Positions 54,673-62,505 of a stretch of DNA of 62,505 nucleotides are shown one piece after another (within the stretch, counting starts at the first letter, position 1; every line of letters starts with the position of its first letter). Location of the stretch: positions 1 through 62,505 of IMG/VR virus record IMGVR_UViG_3300032223_002350; one strand, given 5' to 3'. Source of the stretch: a virus. Lineage: Duplodnaviria > Caudoviricetes. Position numbers and translations under genes: made by a program. The notes beneath the pieces are model-generated. The model searched no databases and was not told where the DNA came from. It saw nothing but the letters and a program-made list of their open reading frames with translations.

Positions 54673-57048
54673 TTAATGTGGGTATATAGAGTTATTCCGG
54701 GGTAACATATAATGATTGCTTGTATTATCAGCAGGTGCGGCTGATTGGGCAAATTTTATTGATTGTCTACCAAGTACTTCTCCATCTGATACATTAGTTA
54801 TATGAGCAGTTAAAAGTATTGATTGAGTATTTTGGTTTGTTGCTGGAGTTGTTGATATTGGTGTTGGATTTGTAGAACTTGCAGCTTCATTTTGTGCTGC
54901 TGCTTTTGATACTGAAATCATTTCTCCTAATGCATTAGATCCTTCATTTGCAGCATAAGCAGCAACTCCTAATTTTGCTGCACCTGCCATTAAAGCCCAA
55001 CCTCTTGGGTCTACTCCGTAACTCTTAACAAGAAGTAATAAACCTACAGCTCCTTCTAAAGCAGCTATAATTCCGGCTATTTTTGCAAAACCAGATAACA
55101 TCAACCTAAGATTTTCTGGTAGATTTGTAAAAAATGTTCCTACGCCTTTTAATACGCCTTCAATTTTTTTCAACCACCCATGCAATACTTCTGAATTAGA
55201 AGCCATACTAAGAAATCCATTTATAGTTTTCCCAAGTTCTCCTTCAAGCATTTGACCCAATGTCATCTTAATATTATCTATGAAAGTTCCTATTTTTTCA
55301 GACATAGCCGCAGTAAGATACTGTTGTGCACCAGCCTCTTTCATTTTTTGGACTATTTGGTCTTCGGTAAGATTTCTATCTTTTAAAGCTTGGTACATCT
55401 GAGAAGCGCTCAAAGACGCATCTACTCCTAATTTATTTGCTATCTGCTGTTTTTGTATGATCTCTGAGACTTTGTCAGCTGTGAGTCCCATTGCGTTTGC
55501 ATAAGTCTCTTGAGCTAAAGTATTCATATTATTCCACTTGTCCATTGTAGGAATCCTCTTTCCAATCTCCTCCATCATGCCTTTTGTGTCATGTGCAAGA
55601 GCGAGTCTTCTTAGCTGTTGTAGATTAAGATCTTCTCCTGTGAATAACTGCGCTTCAAATTCTTTAGATATACTGCCTTCAAAATCAAGGAACTGGTCTG
55701 TTGTTCCCTGTATTTCATTCAAAGAAAGTCCTAGCTTTTTAGCTCTGACAACTGCTTCTGCAAGAGCTGGCACATTGCCTCTGAAGTTCATGAGTACTGT
55801 AGCAGAGACTTTTGATATCTCACCCATCATCTGCTTCTGGGACATCATCACTTTATTTCTGCCACCTTCTACCATCCTTATGGCATTGATAGTATCAAAA
55901 GTGTCTTTAAATGACTTTCCGCTAAGAGCTGAGTTTGCGTTTATGGCTTCAAGATCTGTTGCAGTTAACCCAAATTGTCTTTGAAGAAGAGTAGCTGTTT
56001 GGAGCATCTCATCGTTCATTGGAGCTATGAATCCAAGACTCTCTGACATGCTATTAAATGCTGCTGCAATTTTACTAGTCCTTAAAAACAGAGGACCTGA
56101 ATTAAGAGCCATGTCTTGAAAATGATTCATCATACCCCTAGCATCATCCTCTCCTACTCCAAGATTCTTTCCAAATTCAAATATGCTGTCATTCCAGCCA
56201 GTTATAAGTCCAAATACTTTTTGAGCAATATCTTTTATAAAACTGAAAGCCGTGCCTATGCCTGAGAATATGGCATTATTTGCCTTTGCTATCATTCCTG
56301 CACCAATAAGAGGATCATTTAGGCCCTCTTTTATTGCTTTTTTAAATCCTATAAACATTACTCTTGTACTAGAGTATCCTTTTCTAGCGGCTTCTACCAT
56401 TGCTTCATAAGCCTCAGTTCCTACTTGAATATTTGTACCAAGCATCTTAGCAGCTGCTCCAGCAAAACCTATAGTTTTTTGTACCTTTTTCTCAATACTT
56501 AATTGAATTTCTAATTGTTTAGCTATATCTTCATCTATTTTTTCTGTAGCTAATTTTTGTGCATATACAGATTCTAATAACCCCAATTGGCTATTTAGAT
56601 TATCTACATTTTGTTGATGTAATATTATAGCGTCTTCTAATTCTTTATCACTTGTAGTTCTATTTATATTAAACCTATCTTTTTCTGCTGTAGCTAAATT
56701 TTCTACAGCTTTTATATAAGTAGAAACTTTCTTTTTATTAACACTAGCAGTATTTTTTTCTAACTCAGATAGATCTAACTGATTCTTATATCTCTCTTTG
56801 GTAATTTTAGAAAGTTTAATTTGAATTTCTTTTGTGTTGATTTGAGATTGGTCTAAAGTTCCCAAAACTGACTCTATGTCTTTGTACGTCTTTAGCGTAT
56901 TCTTTAATTCGCGTACAGATTCCTTCAACATGTCACGAAAATCACCCTCTATTCTAAGCTGTTCTTTAGCATAATCATACAGTATTTTTGCTGTATCTAT
57001 TTTACTCTTTTGATCTTGATCGCCAGCTTTTTTATTCTCGTCTGCCAT
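54673..57048 (-). CDS. tape measure protein
   Basis: Long Ala/Gln/Met-rich helical protein, FEGSISKEFEAQLFTG; follows the chaperone genes; late motif at 57067-57074. Confidence 0.75.
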   Translation of the reverse strand: MADENKKAGDQDQKSKIDTAKILYDYAKEQLRIEGDFRDMLKESVRELKNTLKTYKDIESVLGTLDQSQINTKEIQIKLSKITKERYKNQLDLSELEKNTASVNKKKVSTYIKAVENLATAEKDRFNINRTTSDKELEDAIILHQQNVDNLNSQLGLLESVYAQKLATEKIDEDIAKQLEIQLSIEKKVQKTIGFAGAAAKMLGTNIQVGTEAYEAMVEAARKGYSSTRVMFIGFKKAIKEGLNDPLIGAGMIAKANNAIFSGIGTAFSFIKDIAQKVFGLITGWNDSIFEFGKNLGVGEDDARGMMNHFQDMALNSGPLFLRTSKIAAAFNSMSESLGFIAPMNDEMLQTATLLQRQFGLTATDLEAINANSALSGKSFKDTFDTINAIRMVEGGRNKVMMSQKQMMGEISKVSATVLMNFRGNVPALAEAVVRAKKLGLSLNEIQGTTDQFLDFEGSISKEFEAQLFTGEDLNLQQLRRLALAHDTKGMMEEIGKRIPTMDKWNNMNTLAQETYANAMGLTADKVSEIIQKQQIANKLGVDASLSASQMYQALKDRNLTEDQIVQKMKEAGAQQYLTAAMSEKIGTFIDNIKMTLGQMLEGELGKTINGFLSMASNSEVLHGWLKKIEGVLKGVGTFFTNLPENLRLMLSGFAKIAGIIAALEGAVGLLLLVKSYGVDPRGWALMAGAAKLGVAAYAANEGSNALGEMISVSKAAAQNEAASSTNPTPISTTPATNQNTQSILLTAHITNVSDGEVLGRQSIKFAQSAAPADNTSNHYMLPRNNSIYPH

Positions 57049-57083
57049 CTGCTAATGTGTATAGGTATAAATATCTGACATGA

Positions 57084-57413
57084 CTACTTTTTAGCCTTAG
57101 ATTTAGAAACAAAATCTGGCGGTTTAACCATCGCATTCTTTGTATCATCGGACATCTTGAACTTCTGCATATCAGTCTTCTCTGTTATAGTCTGGGACTG
57201 CTGGTTGCGCTGTTCTTGAACTTTTCCTAGGAATTCATTGATCTTCTTAAGGCTGAATTTTCTATGAGGAATTGGCATACTCCAGACGTCTTGCCAGCTA
57301 AATCCTCCATTTCCATGATAAACTAACTCAAAAACTTCCTGGAGAAATACTGGTCTATACTCTAAGCTTGGAAAAAATGGACAATGAATATATTCAAAAC
57401 CTTCTTTGGGCAT
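57084..57413 (-). CDS. tail assembly chaperone, second part
   Basis: EVFELVYHGNGGFSWQDVWSMPI..RKF; located before the tape measure gene. Confidence 0.65.
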   Translation of the reverse strand: MPKEGFEYIHCPFFPSLEYRPVFLQEVFELVYHGNGGFSWQDVWSMPIPHRKFSLKKINEFLGKVQEQRNQQSQTITEKTDMQKFKMSDDTKNAMVKPPDFVSKSKAKK

Positions 57414-57418
57414 AATTT

Positions 57419-57571
57419 TTATTTTCTCTTACAGTTATCAAAATGATATCGAGTCATTAGTGGAGCTCCACCTTCTTTATTACAATGAGGACATTTTACT
57501 TTTCTATGAGGTACTCCAATATAAAAAACCTCACTCTTGTCCAGTCTTACATGTCGATATACATACGCTAT
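57419..57571 (-). pseudogene. internally deleted GIY-YIG homing endonuclease
   Basis: Manual translation (I)AYVYRHVRLDKSEVFYIG joined directly to KVKCPHCNKEGGAPLMTRYHFDNCKRK*; the start codon is ATA. Confidence 0.75.
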
Positions 57572-57574
57572 ATA

Positions 57575-58339
57575 CTATACTTCTGTTCCTGGGAAAAAAA
57601 ACGAAGCAAACATTGGCAAATCTATTTCTGATTCTGTTCCGTCTTTAAAGGTAATATTAATTTTTGTTGATATATCAGGAGTCACTGAGTTTATGTATTT
57701 TCTTAGCTCTACTGAATCTCTTGACATCAGGGCTTGATCTACAAACTCACGAATAGTCTTTATTGTATAATCTCCATTTACTGATGTAATCTGATGTTTC
57801 ATTCGTAAACTAATCGCTCCAGGATCAGTTCCTAGCGCTTTCTTTAGACCTTTTGCTTCATCATCGATTCGCTTATCGTCTCCTACAGTAAGCAGCTTAA
57901 ATGTGATCTTATTCTTTGAAAATGGTAATGTAAATTCAAATTCATTCTTTCCAGTAAATAGACTCTCATCTATCTTCTTATATTCCATTGTTTGAAGATC
58001 TGCATTAATAACCTCTTCTTCTCCGGTTTCTGGATGTTGGTATTTGAATTGGTAGTCCTTGCCATAGGCTAAAATCCTTGCAGCAATTAAAAGTCCATTT
58101 CTATCTCCTAATATTAGATCATCATAATTAATGTCTGTGGAGATTAAGGCTTTAAGTGTCTTCTCAATTGCTGTGCCATTTTTGAGATTATTCACGTTTG
58201 TAAGTATATCCTCATGTCGAGCTGTCATATACTGCATCTCAATTTCACCTTTGGATAATGGACTTTCTTTTGTATAGATTAATCCCTTGCTTGGGAGTTC
58301 TATCATCTCTGTTGGAACTGTAAATTTTTGTTCTGCCAT
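57575..58339 (-). CDS. gp26-like baseplate hub / tail assembly chaperone
   Basis: ELPSKG..Y, MTA..EDIL, GDR..LLIAAR...YG, C-terminal FFFP. Confidence 0.75.
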   Translation of the reverse strand: MAEQKFTVPTEMIELPSKGLIYTKESPLSKGEIEMQYMTARHEDILTNVNNLKNGTAIEKTLKALISTDINYDDLILGDRNGLLIAARILAYGKDYQFKYQHPETGEEEVINADLQTMEYKKIDESLFTGKNEFEFTLPFSKNKITFKLLTVGDDKRIDDEAKGLKKALGTDPGAISLRMKHQITSVNGDYTIKTIREFVDQALMSRDSVELRKYINSVTPDISTKINITFKDGTESEIDLPMFASFFFPGTEV

Positions 58340-58424
58340 GTGTAACTTTGTTTATTATATATATTGAGGTTTTAAGTTTTCCTCTATCAAAAGAATATAA
58401 TGAAACTTTTTGAGATTAAAAAGA

Positions 58425-59129
58425 TTATGTATTAAGTTTGTAATATATCTCATGATCTTGGAGAAATTGATAATATTTACTGGATTTAGTTTTGGGTTTA
58501 GAAGGATTTGCGTGAGTATCTTTATTTAATACATCATGAAGTACTGAGTAATGTATATTTCCTAAAATCTTTGATAATTGCAATGCAGATCCAGCTTCTA
58601 TTTTCTCTCCAGTAATTTTATTTTTGCAAATCACTGAACCCTTACTAGCTCTAGAATCTTCTCCTATTTTACCTAATTTTGATAGTGTAGCAGATTTTGA
58701 TATATTTAATCTTTGCTCATCTGTAGGAATCCAATCTTTTTTACCCCCTATTCCATTTTTATTCCCCTTTAGCTTTATTGCTATATTTTCTCTATGAGAT
58801 TTAGATTTTTTTCTTTTCCATAGTTTCATAAGGGCTTCTCTGGCTACTGCATATTCTTCTTCACTAAGTTCTAAATCTCCGCTATACGTCATTCTATGAA
58901 ATGCCCAAAGAAATTTATATCTATATAGCGGATGTTCTTTATAGCATTCTGCAAGTATCTTATGCACTCTATAATGTTCTCTAGCAGTTAGTAGTACTGT
59001 AGAGCTTTTTTTACCATACTCAGCTAAACATTCTGGGACTATATGATGTGCTTCATAGTATGTATCACCACCTTTTTGTCTATTTTCTAATAAAGCCTGT
59101 CTTATTATTTTAAAGTAACTTGTAAGCAT
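58425..59129 (-). CDS. HNH homing endonuclease (free-standing, NUMOD-type tail)
   Basis: YYEAHHIVP...LLTAREHYRVHKIL, KSKSHRENIA; late motif at 59148-59155. Confidence 0.85.
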   Translation of the reverse strand: MLTSYFKIIRQALLENRQKGGDTYYEAHHIVPECLAEYGKKSSTVLLTAREHYRVHKILAECYKEHPLYRYKFLWAFHRMTYSGDLELSEEEYAVAREALMKLWKRKKSKSHRENIAIKLKGNKNGIGGKKDWIPTDEQRLNISKSATLSKLGKIGEDSRASKGSVICKNKITGEKIEAGSALQLSKILGNIHYSVLHDVLNKDTHANPSKPKTKSSKYYQFLQDHEIYYKLNT

Positions 59130-59171
59130 GAAAAATCCTCCTTTATTATAAATATCGGAGGATTTAGTTCG

Positions 59172-59224
59172 TTAGTAATTTAGAATAAAAATATTCTAGT
59201 AATTGAGGATTAATAATTTAAAAT
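59172..59224 (-). repeat. three synonymous copies of the tail-tube C-terminus ILNY-stop
   Basis: ATTTTAAATTATTAA (59210-59224), ATCCTCAATTACTAG (59196-59210), ATTCTAAATTACTAA (59172-59186). Confidence 0.8.
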
Positions 59225-59698
59225 ACAAAAATCACAACCGAGTGTCAATGTTAACTCTGTAGGATCTGATGTAGACCAGTCATAATTACCAGCTGAGAAT
59301 GTTTTTATAAATGCACCTTTTACGATCCACTCACTTACTATATCTCCTACTGGTCCTACTATATCCAATGTTACATCTTTCTTATAGAAGTCAGAATAGC
59401 CATCGCGACCAGTAACTGATTCATGGTGTAATCTGACCCACTCCATACAAGCCTGTTGACCTGAAGGTGATATTGGATTATAAAGAGAAAGCTCAATGTC
59501 TTTCCACTCTGCTTTACCTTTTATCTTGAAGTAAGTGTTGATGTGATCTAATTTGATCTCTCCCATTTCAACGCTTGGTGCTGATGCCTTTTTAATCATG
59601 TATGAAGGAATACCGTCAATGTACATGATAAACCTATTACTTACTGTAGGTTCAAATGCTGTATAAAATATTTCTGATGGATCCAAAAGACCTGCCAT
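59210..59698 (-). CDS. tail tube protein (T4 gp19-like)
   Basis: FEP...NRF, GKAEW, EWVRLHHES.TGRDGY.DFYKK, W.VKGAF; late motif at 59730-59737. Confidence 0.9.
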   Translation of the reverse strand: MAGLLDPSEIFYTAFEPTVSNRFIMYIDGIPSYMIKKASAPSVEMGEIKLDHINTYFKIKGKAEWKDIELSLYNPISPSGQQACMEWVRLHHESVTGRDGYSDFYKKDVTLDIVGPVGDIVSEWIVKGAFIKTFSAGNYDWSTSDPTELTLTLGCDFCILNY

Positions 59699-59753
59699 TT
59701 TATTATAGTTTTATTATTGTTGTTCGTTTATAAATATCTTATTTTGTGTTTTA

Positions 59754-60284
59754 TTATTTTCCAAAGTAAAATCTAGACTGTATATCTTTTTTTACTTTAG
59801 ATAATATGCTGTCTGAATCTGATTCTATTGTTGAAATCTTTCTATAACTATAATCAAAAACTGAGATGGTTGCTACTTGTTTTGTGGGGTCGAAATTTGC
59901 GCAACAATAAATATAACTCATAGGTCCATTACTCACTTTCCAGCCGCACTGATCACCAGGAGAAAATTTAAGATGTTTAAATTCTTTAGCTAAACCACCT
60001 ATAGCATTAATAACAGCTTGTGCACTCTGATATTGCTTATCAAGAGATAATCCTTTTTTAATTGAAGAAAATGCGCCTTCAGTTACTTTCTTTTTTACTG
60101 CTGAGAATCCTTTGCCTTTTTTACCGATGTCTTTTCCAGCTTTTGCCTTTTTAACTACTGCAGATTTCTCCTTTTTGGTAAGACCTGCAGATGGTTTCTT
60201 TTTAGCTTCATTCAATACTTTTCCTTTAATGGACTCGTATAATGCCATTGGTATTTTTACTCGTACGATTGTGTCTTTATTCAT
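59754..60284 (-). CDS. Lys-rich protein with LNE/VTE sites, probable internal virion protein
   Basis: VLNEAKKKPSAGLTKKEKSAVVKKAKAGKDIGKKGKGF. Confidence 0.6.
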   Translation of the reverse strand: MNKDTIVRVKIPMALYESIKGKVLNEAKKKPSAGLTKKEKSAVVKKAKAGKDIGKKGKGFSAVKKKVTEGAFSSIKKGLSLDKQYQSAQAVINAIGGLAKEFKHLKFSPGDQCGWKVSNGPMSYIYCCANFDPTKQVATISVFDYSYRKISTIESDSDSILSKVKKDIQSRFYFGK

Positions 60285-60309
60285 ATTATATGTCTATATA
60301 AGTAAGCGA

Positions 60310-62064
60310 TTAACCAAAGGAAACTCCTGTTGGTAGAATATTAAATGTCAAGTAAATAAATTCACTTGTTCTAGTTGGTTGTAAGTATATTGATCCTATA
60401 AGCTCGTTTCTGTCTATTGTGGCAGGTGTGTTATTTGTATCATCCATTACAACTGAGAAGCTGTAAAGACCTTGTCTCTGCTGTACGCTTGCAAGATATG
60501 GATTCACTGCATTCAGGAATTTATTTCTTGTTACCTGAGTGTTTGGTTCGAATACTAGGTTATCTGCAATCTGACCAATATAAGACTTAAGTGATATTAG
60601 CAATCTTCTAACATTAACTCTATCAAGTGCTGATGCTTTTTGCTGTAGTGTTTTTTGGCCGTATATTACTGTACCAACTCCTGGGAATATTGATATTGGG
60701 TTTACTTTAGATGAATATAGAGTATTTCTATCGTCAATTGAAAGTTTTCTTTCTGGCTGTAGAACTGTACTCATTCCACCTCTTGTAAAACCTGCTGGAG
60801 CAAACCACTCTGCGCTGATCTTATCATTATATTCATATACTGCTGGTACCATTGTAGAAGCTGGAACAAAATTAGTTTTTCCTGTTTCTATTGATCTTAC
60901 TTGTACCCATGGCCAATATGTAGCACCGTATGAGTTATCGTATGATTTAGCCAGTGTAGTTATCGTTCCTATATTCTGAGCATATCCACCCATATCTACT
61001 ACTGCGATGTTGTCTCCTCTATTCTGTGCAAGAGTTAAAAGAGCATTGATCTCAGTAGATGCATTCTGTGCTGTTATACCTGGAGCGTATACTGAGTTGA
61101 ATTTATATGAGTCTTTATTTCCAAGAAGGTTTATTGCCAGATCATAGTCTGCTGCATGTAGACCCTGTATATTTGAATTTGGAGTTGATGTTGTAGATGC
61201 TACTGTTGGAATTGCTTCAAACATATTTAATGCCTCTATTCCGAAAGATCCATATAGACCACCAGTTGCTCCATTAAATGCTCCGTTTATAGATCCTGAT
61301 CCTACTAAAGGAAGAGAACTTGTATATTGGCTTTGAGGAGTACCTGCTGCATTAAAGTAGTTTGGAGTATTCAGGTTTACTGATTTTACTCTAACATACT
61401 TACTCTTATTCATATACGATCCTGTAGTTTGCAAGTAGTAATTACCTGTGCTAGGATCTTGAATTGCATTTTGGGTTTGATCTCCAATTACATAAGATAT
61501 ATAAGTGTTTTGGTTTGGATCAAGAGAAAGATTGTTCCATGTTTCTAATACTGTTGTATTATTTACATAGTCATCTCCTCTGCGAATTACCAAACTAAAT
61601 AGACCTGAACCTGAATCAGAGCTTACTATTTCCCATCTTACATTTACAGATGAACCAGAAACAAGAGCACCGTTTGTTGCGCTACCTGAGTTATTCATTA
61701 CTGTACCTGCAGACAGTGTTTCTAAAGTAAATGCTGTTATACTACCAGATGCTATAACACTAGCTGTAGCTGGAGTATAAGATCCAGAAACTACTCTGGT
61801 AACTAGCAACGAAGAACCCCCTTGTTGGAAGTATCCATTTGCTGCCATGCTTGTAAGATATTCATATGAAGTACCTCCTGAAACAAAAGCTGCTCCGAAT
61901 ATTGCCTTGTATTGCGAATATGAAGTTACTATTGTTGGGATATTAACCGGTCCTAAAATTGTTGGTCCTATTAATGCAGCGCCTGCTTGGATTGGTCCCT
62001 GTGTTATCTGAGTCTGGTCGTTCTCAATCGAGAATACTCCAGGGCTTATGAGTGTTTCAGCCAT
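60310..62064 (-). CDS. tail sheath protein
   Basis: SPGV...E.D, YWPW, WFAPAG..RG, GQKTLQ, RVNVRRL, FEPN; late motif at 62088-62095. Confidence 0.95.
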   Translation of the reverse strand: MAETLISPGVFSIENDQTQITQGPIQAGAALIGPTILGPVNIPTIVTSYSQYKAIFGAAFVSGGTSYEYLTSMAANGYFQQGGSSLLVTRVVSGSYTPATASVIASGSITAFTLETLSAGTVMNNSGSATNGALVSGSSVNVRWEIVSSDSGSGLFSLVIRRGDDYVNNTTVLETWNNLSLDPNQNTYISYVIGDQTQNAIQDPSTGNYYLQTTGSYMNKSKYVRVKSVNLNTPNYFNAAGTPQSQYTSSLPLVGSGSINGAFNGATGGLYGSFGIEALNMFEAIPTVASTTSTPNSNIQGLHAADYDLAINLLGNKDSYKFNSVYAPGITAQNASTEINALLTLAQNRGDNIAVVDMGGYAQNIGTITTLAKSYDNSYGATYWPWVQVRSIETGKTNFVPASTMVPAVYEYNDKISAEWFAPAGFTRGGMSTVLQPERKLSIDDRNTLYSSKVNPISIFPGVGTVIYGQKTLQQKASALDRVNVRRLLISLKSYIGQIADNLVFEPNTQVTRNKFLNAVNPYLASVQQRQGLYSFSVVMDDTNNTPATIDRNELIGSIYLQPTRTSEFIYLTFNILPTGVSFG

Positions 62065-62087
62065 TTATATTGTTGTTTTTTCTACTA

Positions 62088-62095
62088 ATAAATAT
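62088..62095 (-). promoter_or_regulatory. late-promoter motif ATATTTAT (representative copy)
   Basis: Same octamer about 10-30 nt upstream of starts at 4563, 5322, 10829, 24960, 39093, 43987, 45356, 57067, 59148, 59730 and 62360, and ahead of the structured leader at 34193. Confidence 0.75.
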
Positions 62096-62105
62096 TGATA
62101 ATTTC

Positions 62106-62342
62106 TTACGAAATATCTCCTGTTTCTATATTTATCGTAACATTTCCATACTTTGACTTTATTTCTTCAAAAATAGATTCTTCTCTGTGTTTTAAAGATA
62201 TAATTTCCTTTTTCTGCTCATCAATCTTAAGTTCTATTGAGATCTTTTGAAATTCTAATTCTCCCAATGCTGATGCTATATCTAGAGCATCTTTTCTAAT
62301 CAGATTAATTTTGCTAAGTTCGTCTTCTGTAAGTTTTGCCAT
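62106..62342 (-). CDS. small coiled-coil phage protein
   Basis: LGELE...KYG...INIETG; late motif at 62360-62367. Confidence 0.75.
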   Translation of the reverse strand: MAKLTEDELSKINLIRKDALDIASALGELEFQKISIELKIDEQKKEIISLKHREESIFEEIKSKYGNVTINIETGDIS

Positions 62343-62370
62343 AACGTGTATTTTTGTTTATAAATATCAA

Positions 62371-62484
62371 TTATTCTTCGTCGTCTTCGTAATCTTTAAT
62401 AATGTCACCAGATTCTTTCCACTTAAATGCTACTATTATTGCTATTGCTAACACAATCGATATAGATAGCACTAATAAGCACAT
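62371..62484 (-). CDS. small membrane protein (may extend past the window edge)
   Basis: Manual translation MCLLVLSISIVLAIAIIVAFKWKESGDIIKDYEDDEE. Confidence 0.5.
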   Translation of the reverse strand: MCLLVLSISIVLAIAIIVAFKWKESGDIIKDYEDDEE

Positions 62485-62505
62485 TGTATTTACACTTTAT
62501 TATAA

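Noticed and set aside
57419-57577. TAG recoding or readthrough, because an open frame continues after the chaperone stop
   Set aside because: The continuation is a homing-endonuclease remnant. Conserved genes are full length in the standard code and several end naturally at TAG.
157-60336. Plus-strand ORFs in the track (e.g. 157-477, 6530-6832, 31573-31977, 32392-32928, 44104-44454, 55538-55984)
   Set aside because: They are antisense shadows of well-supported minus-strand genes or RNAs and have no recognisable motifs.

Overview
AT-rich segment of a large tailed dsDNA phage (myovirus), read in the standard genetic code, with almost every gene on the minus strand. The host is probably Bacteroidota, inferred from TAnnTTT-type -7 promoter boxes. 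From right to left the window holds: (1) a contractile-tail module (sheath, tube, assembly chaperones, tape measure, baseplate, tail lysozyme) interrupted by one intact HNH and one decayed GIY-YIG homing endonuclease; (2) inserted cassettes (ADP-ribosyltransferase, LRR-like repeat protein); (3) a replication block (second degenerate PolA, SSB, RecA, 5'-3' exonuclease, DnaB, class II RNR, PolA); (4) GroES/GroEL; (5) a nucleotide-modification cluster centred on a dCMP-hydroxymethylase-type thymidylate synthase homologue fused to an amino acid:DNA transferase (aGPT-Pplase-like) domain; (6) a roughly 13 kb glycosyltransferase and sugar-nucleotide island; (7) ClpP and regulators; (8) a DUF6745-like locus with stand-alone QL tetrapeptide-repeat genes; (9) an early region of single-gene cassettes with repeated promoters, two paralogous antisense small transcription units and a 139-nt tRNA-like RNA. 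All family assignments come from motif recognition by eye and have not been checked by database search.
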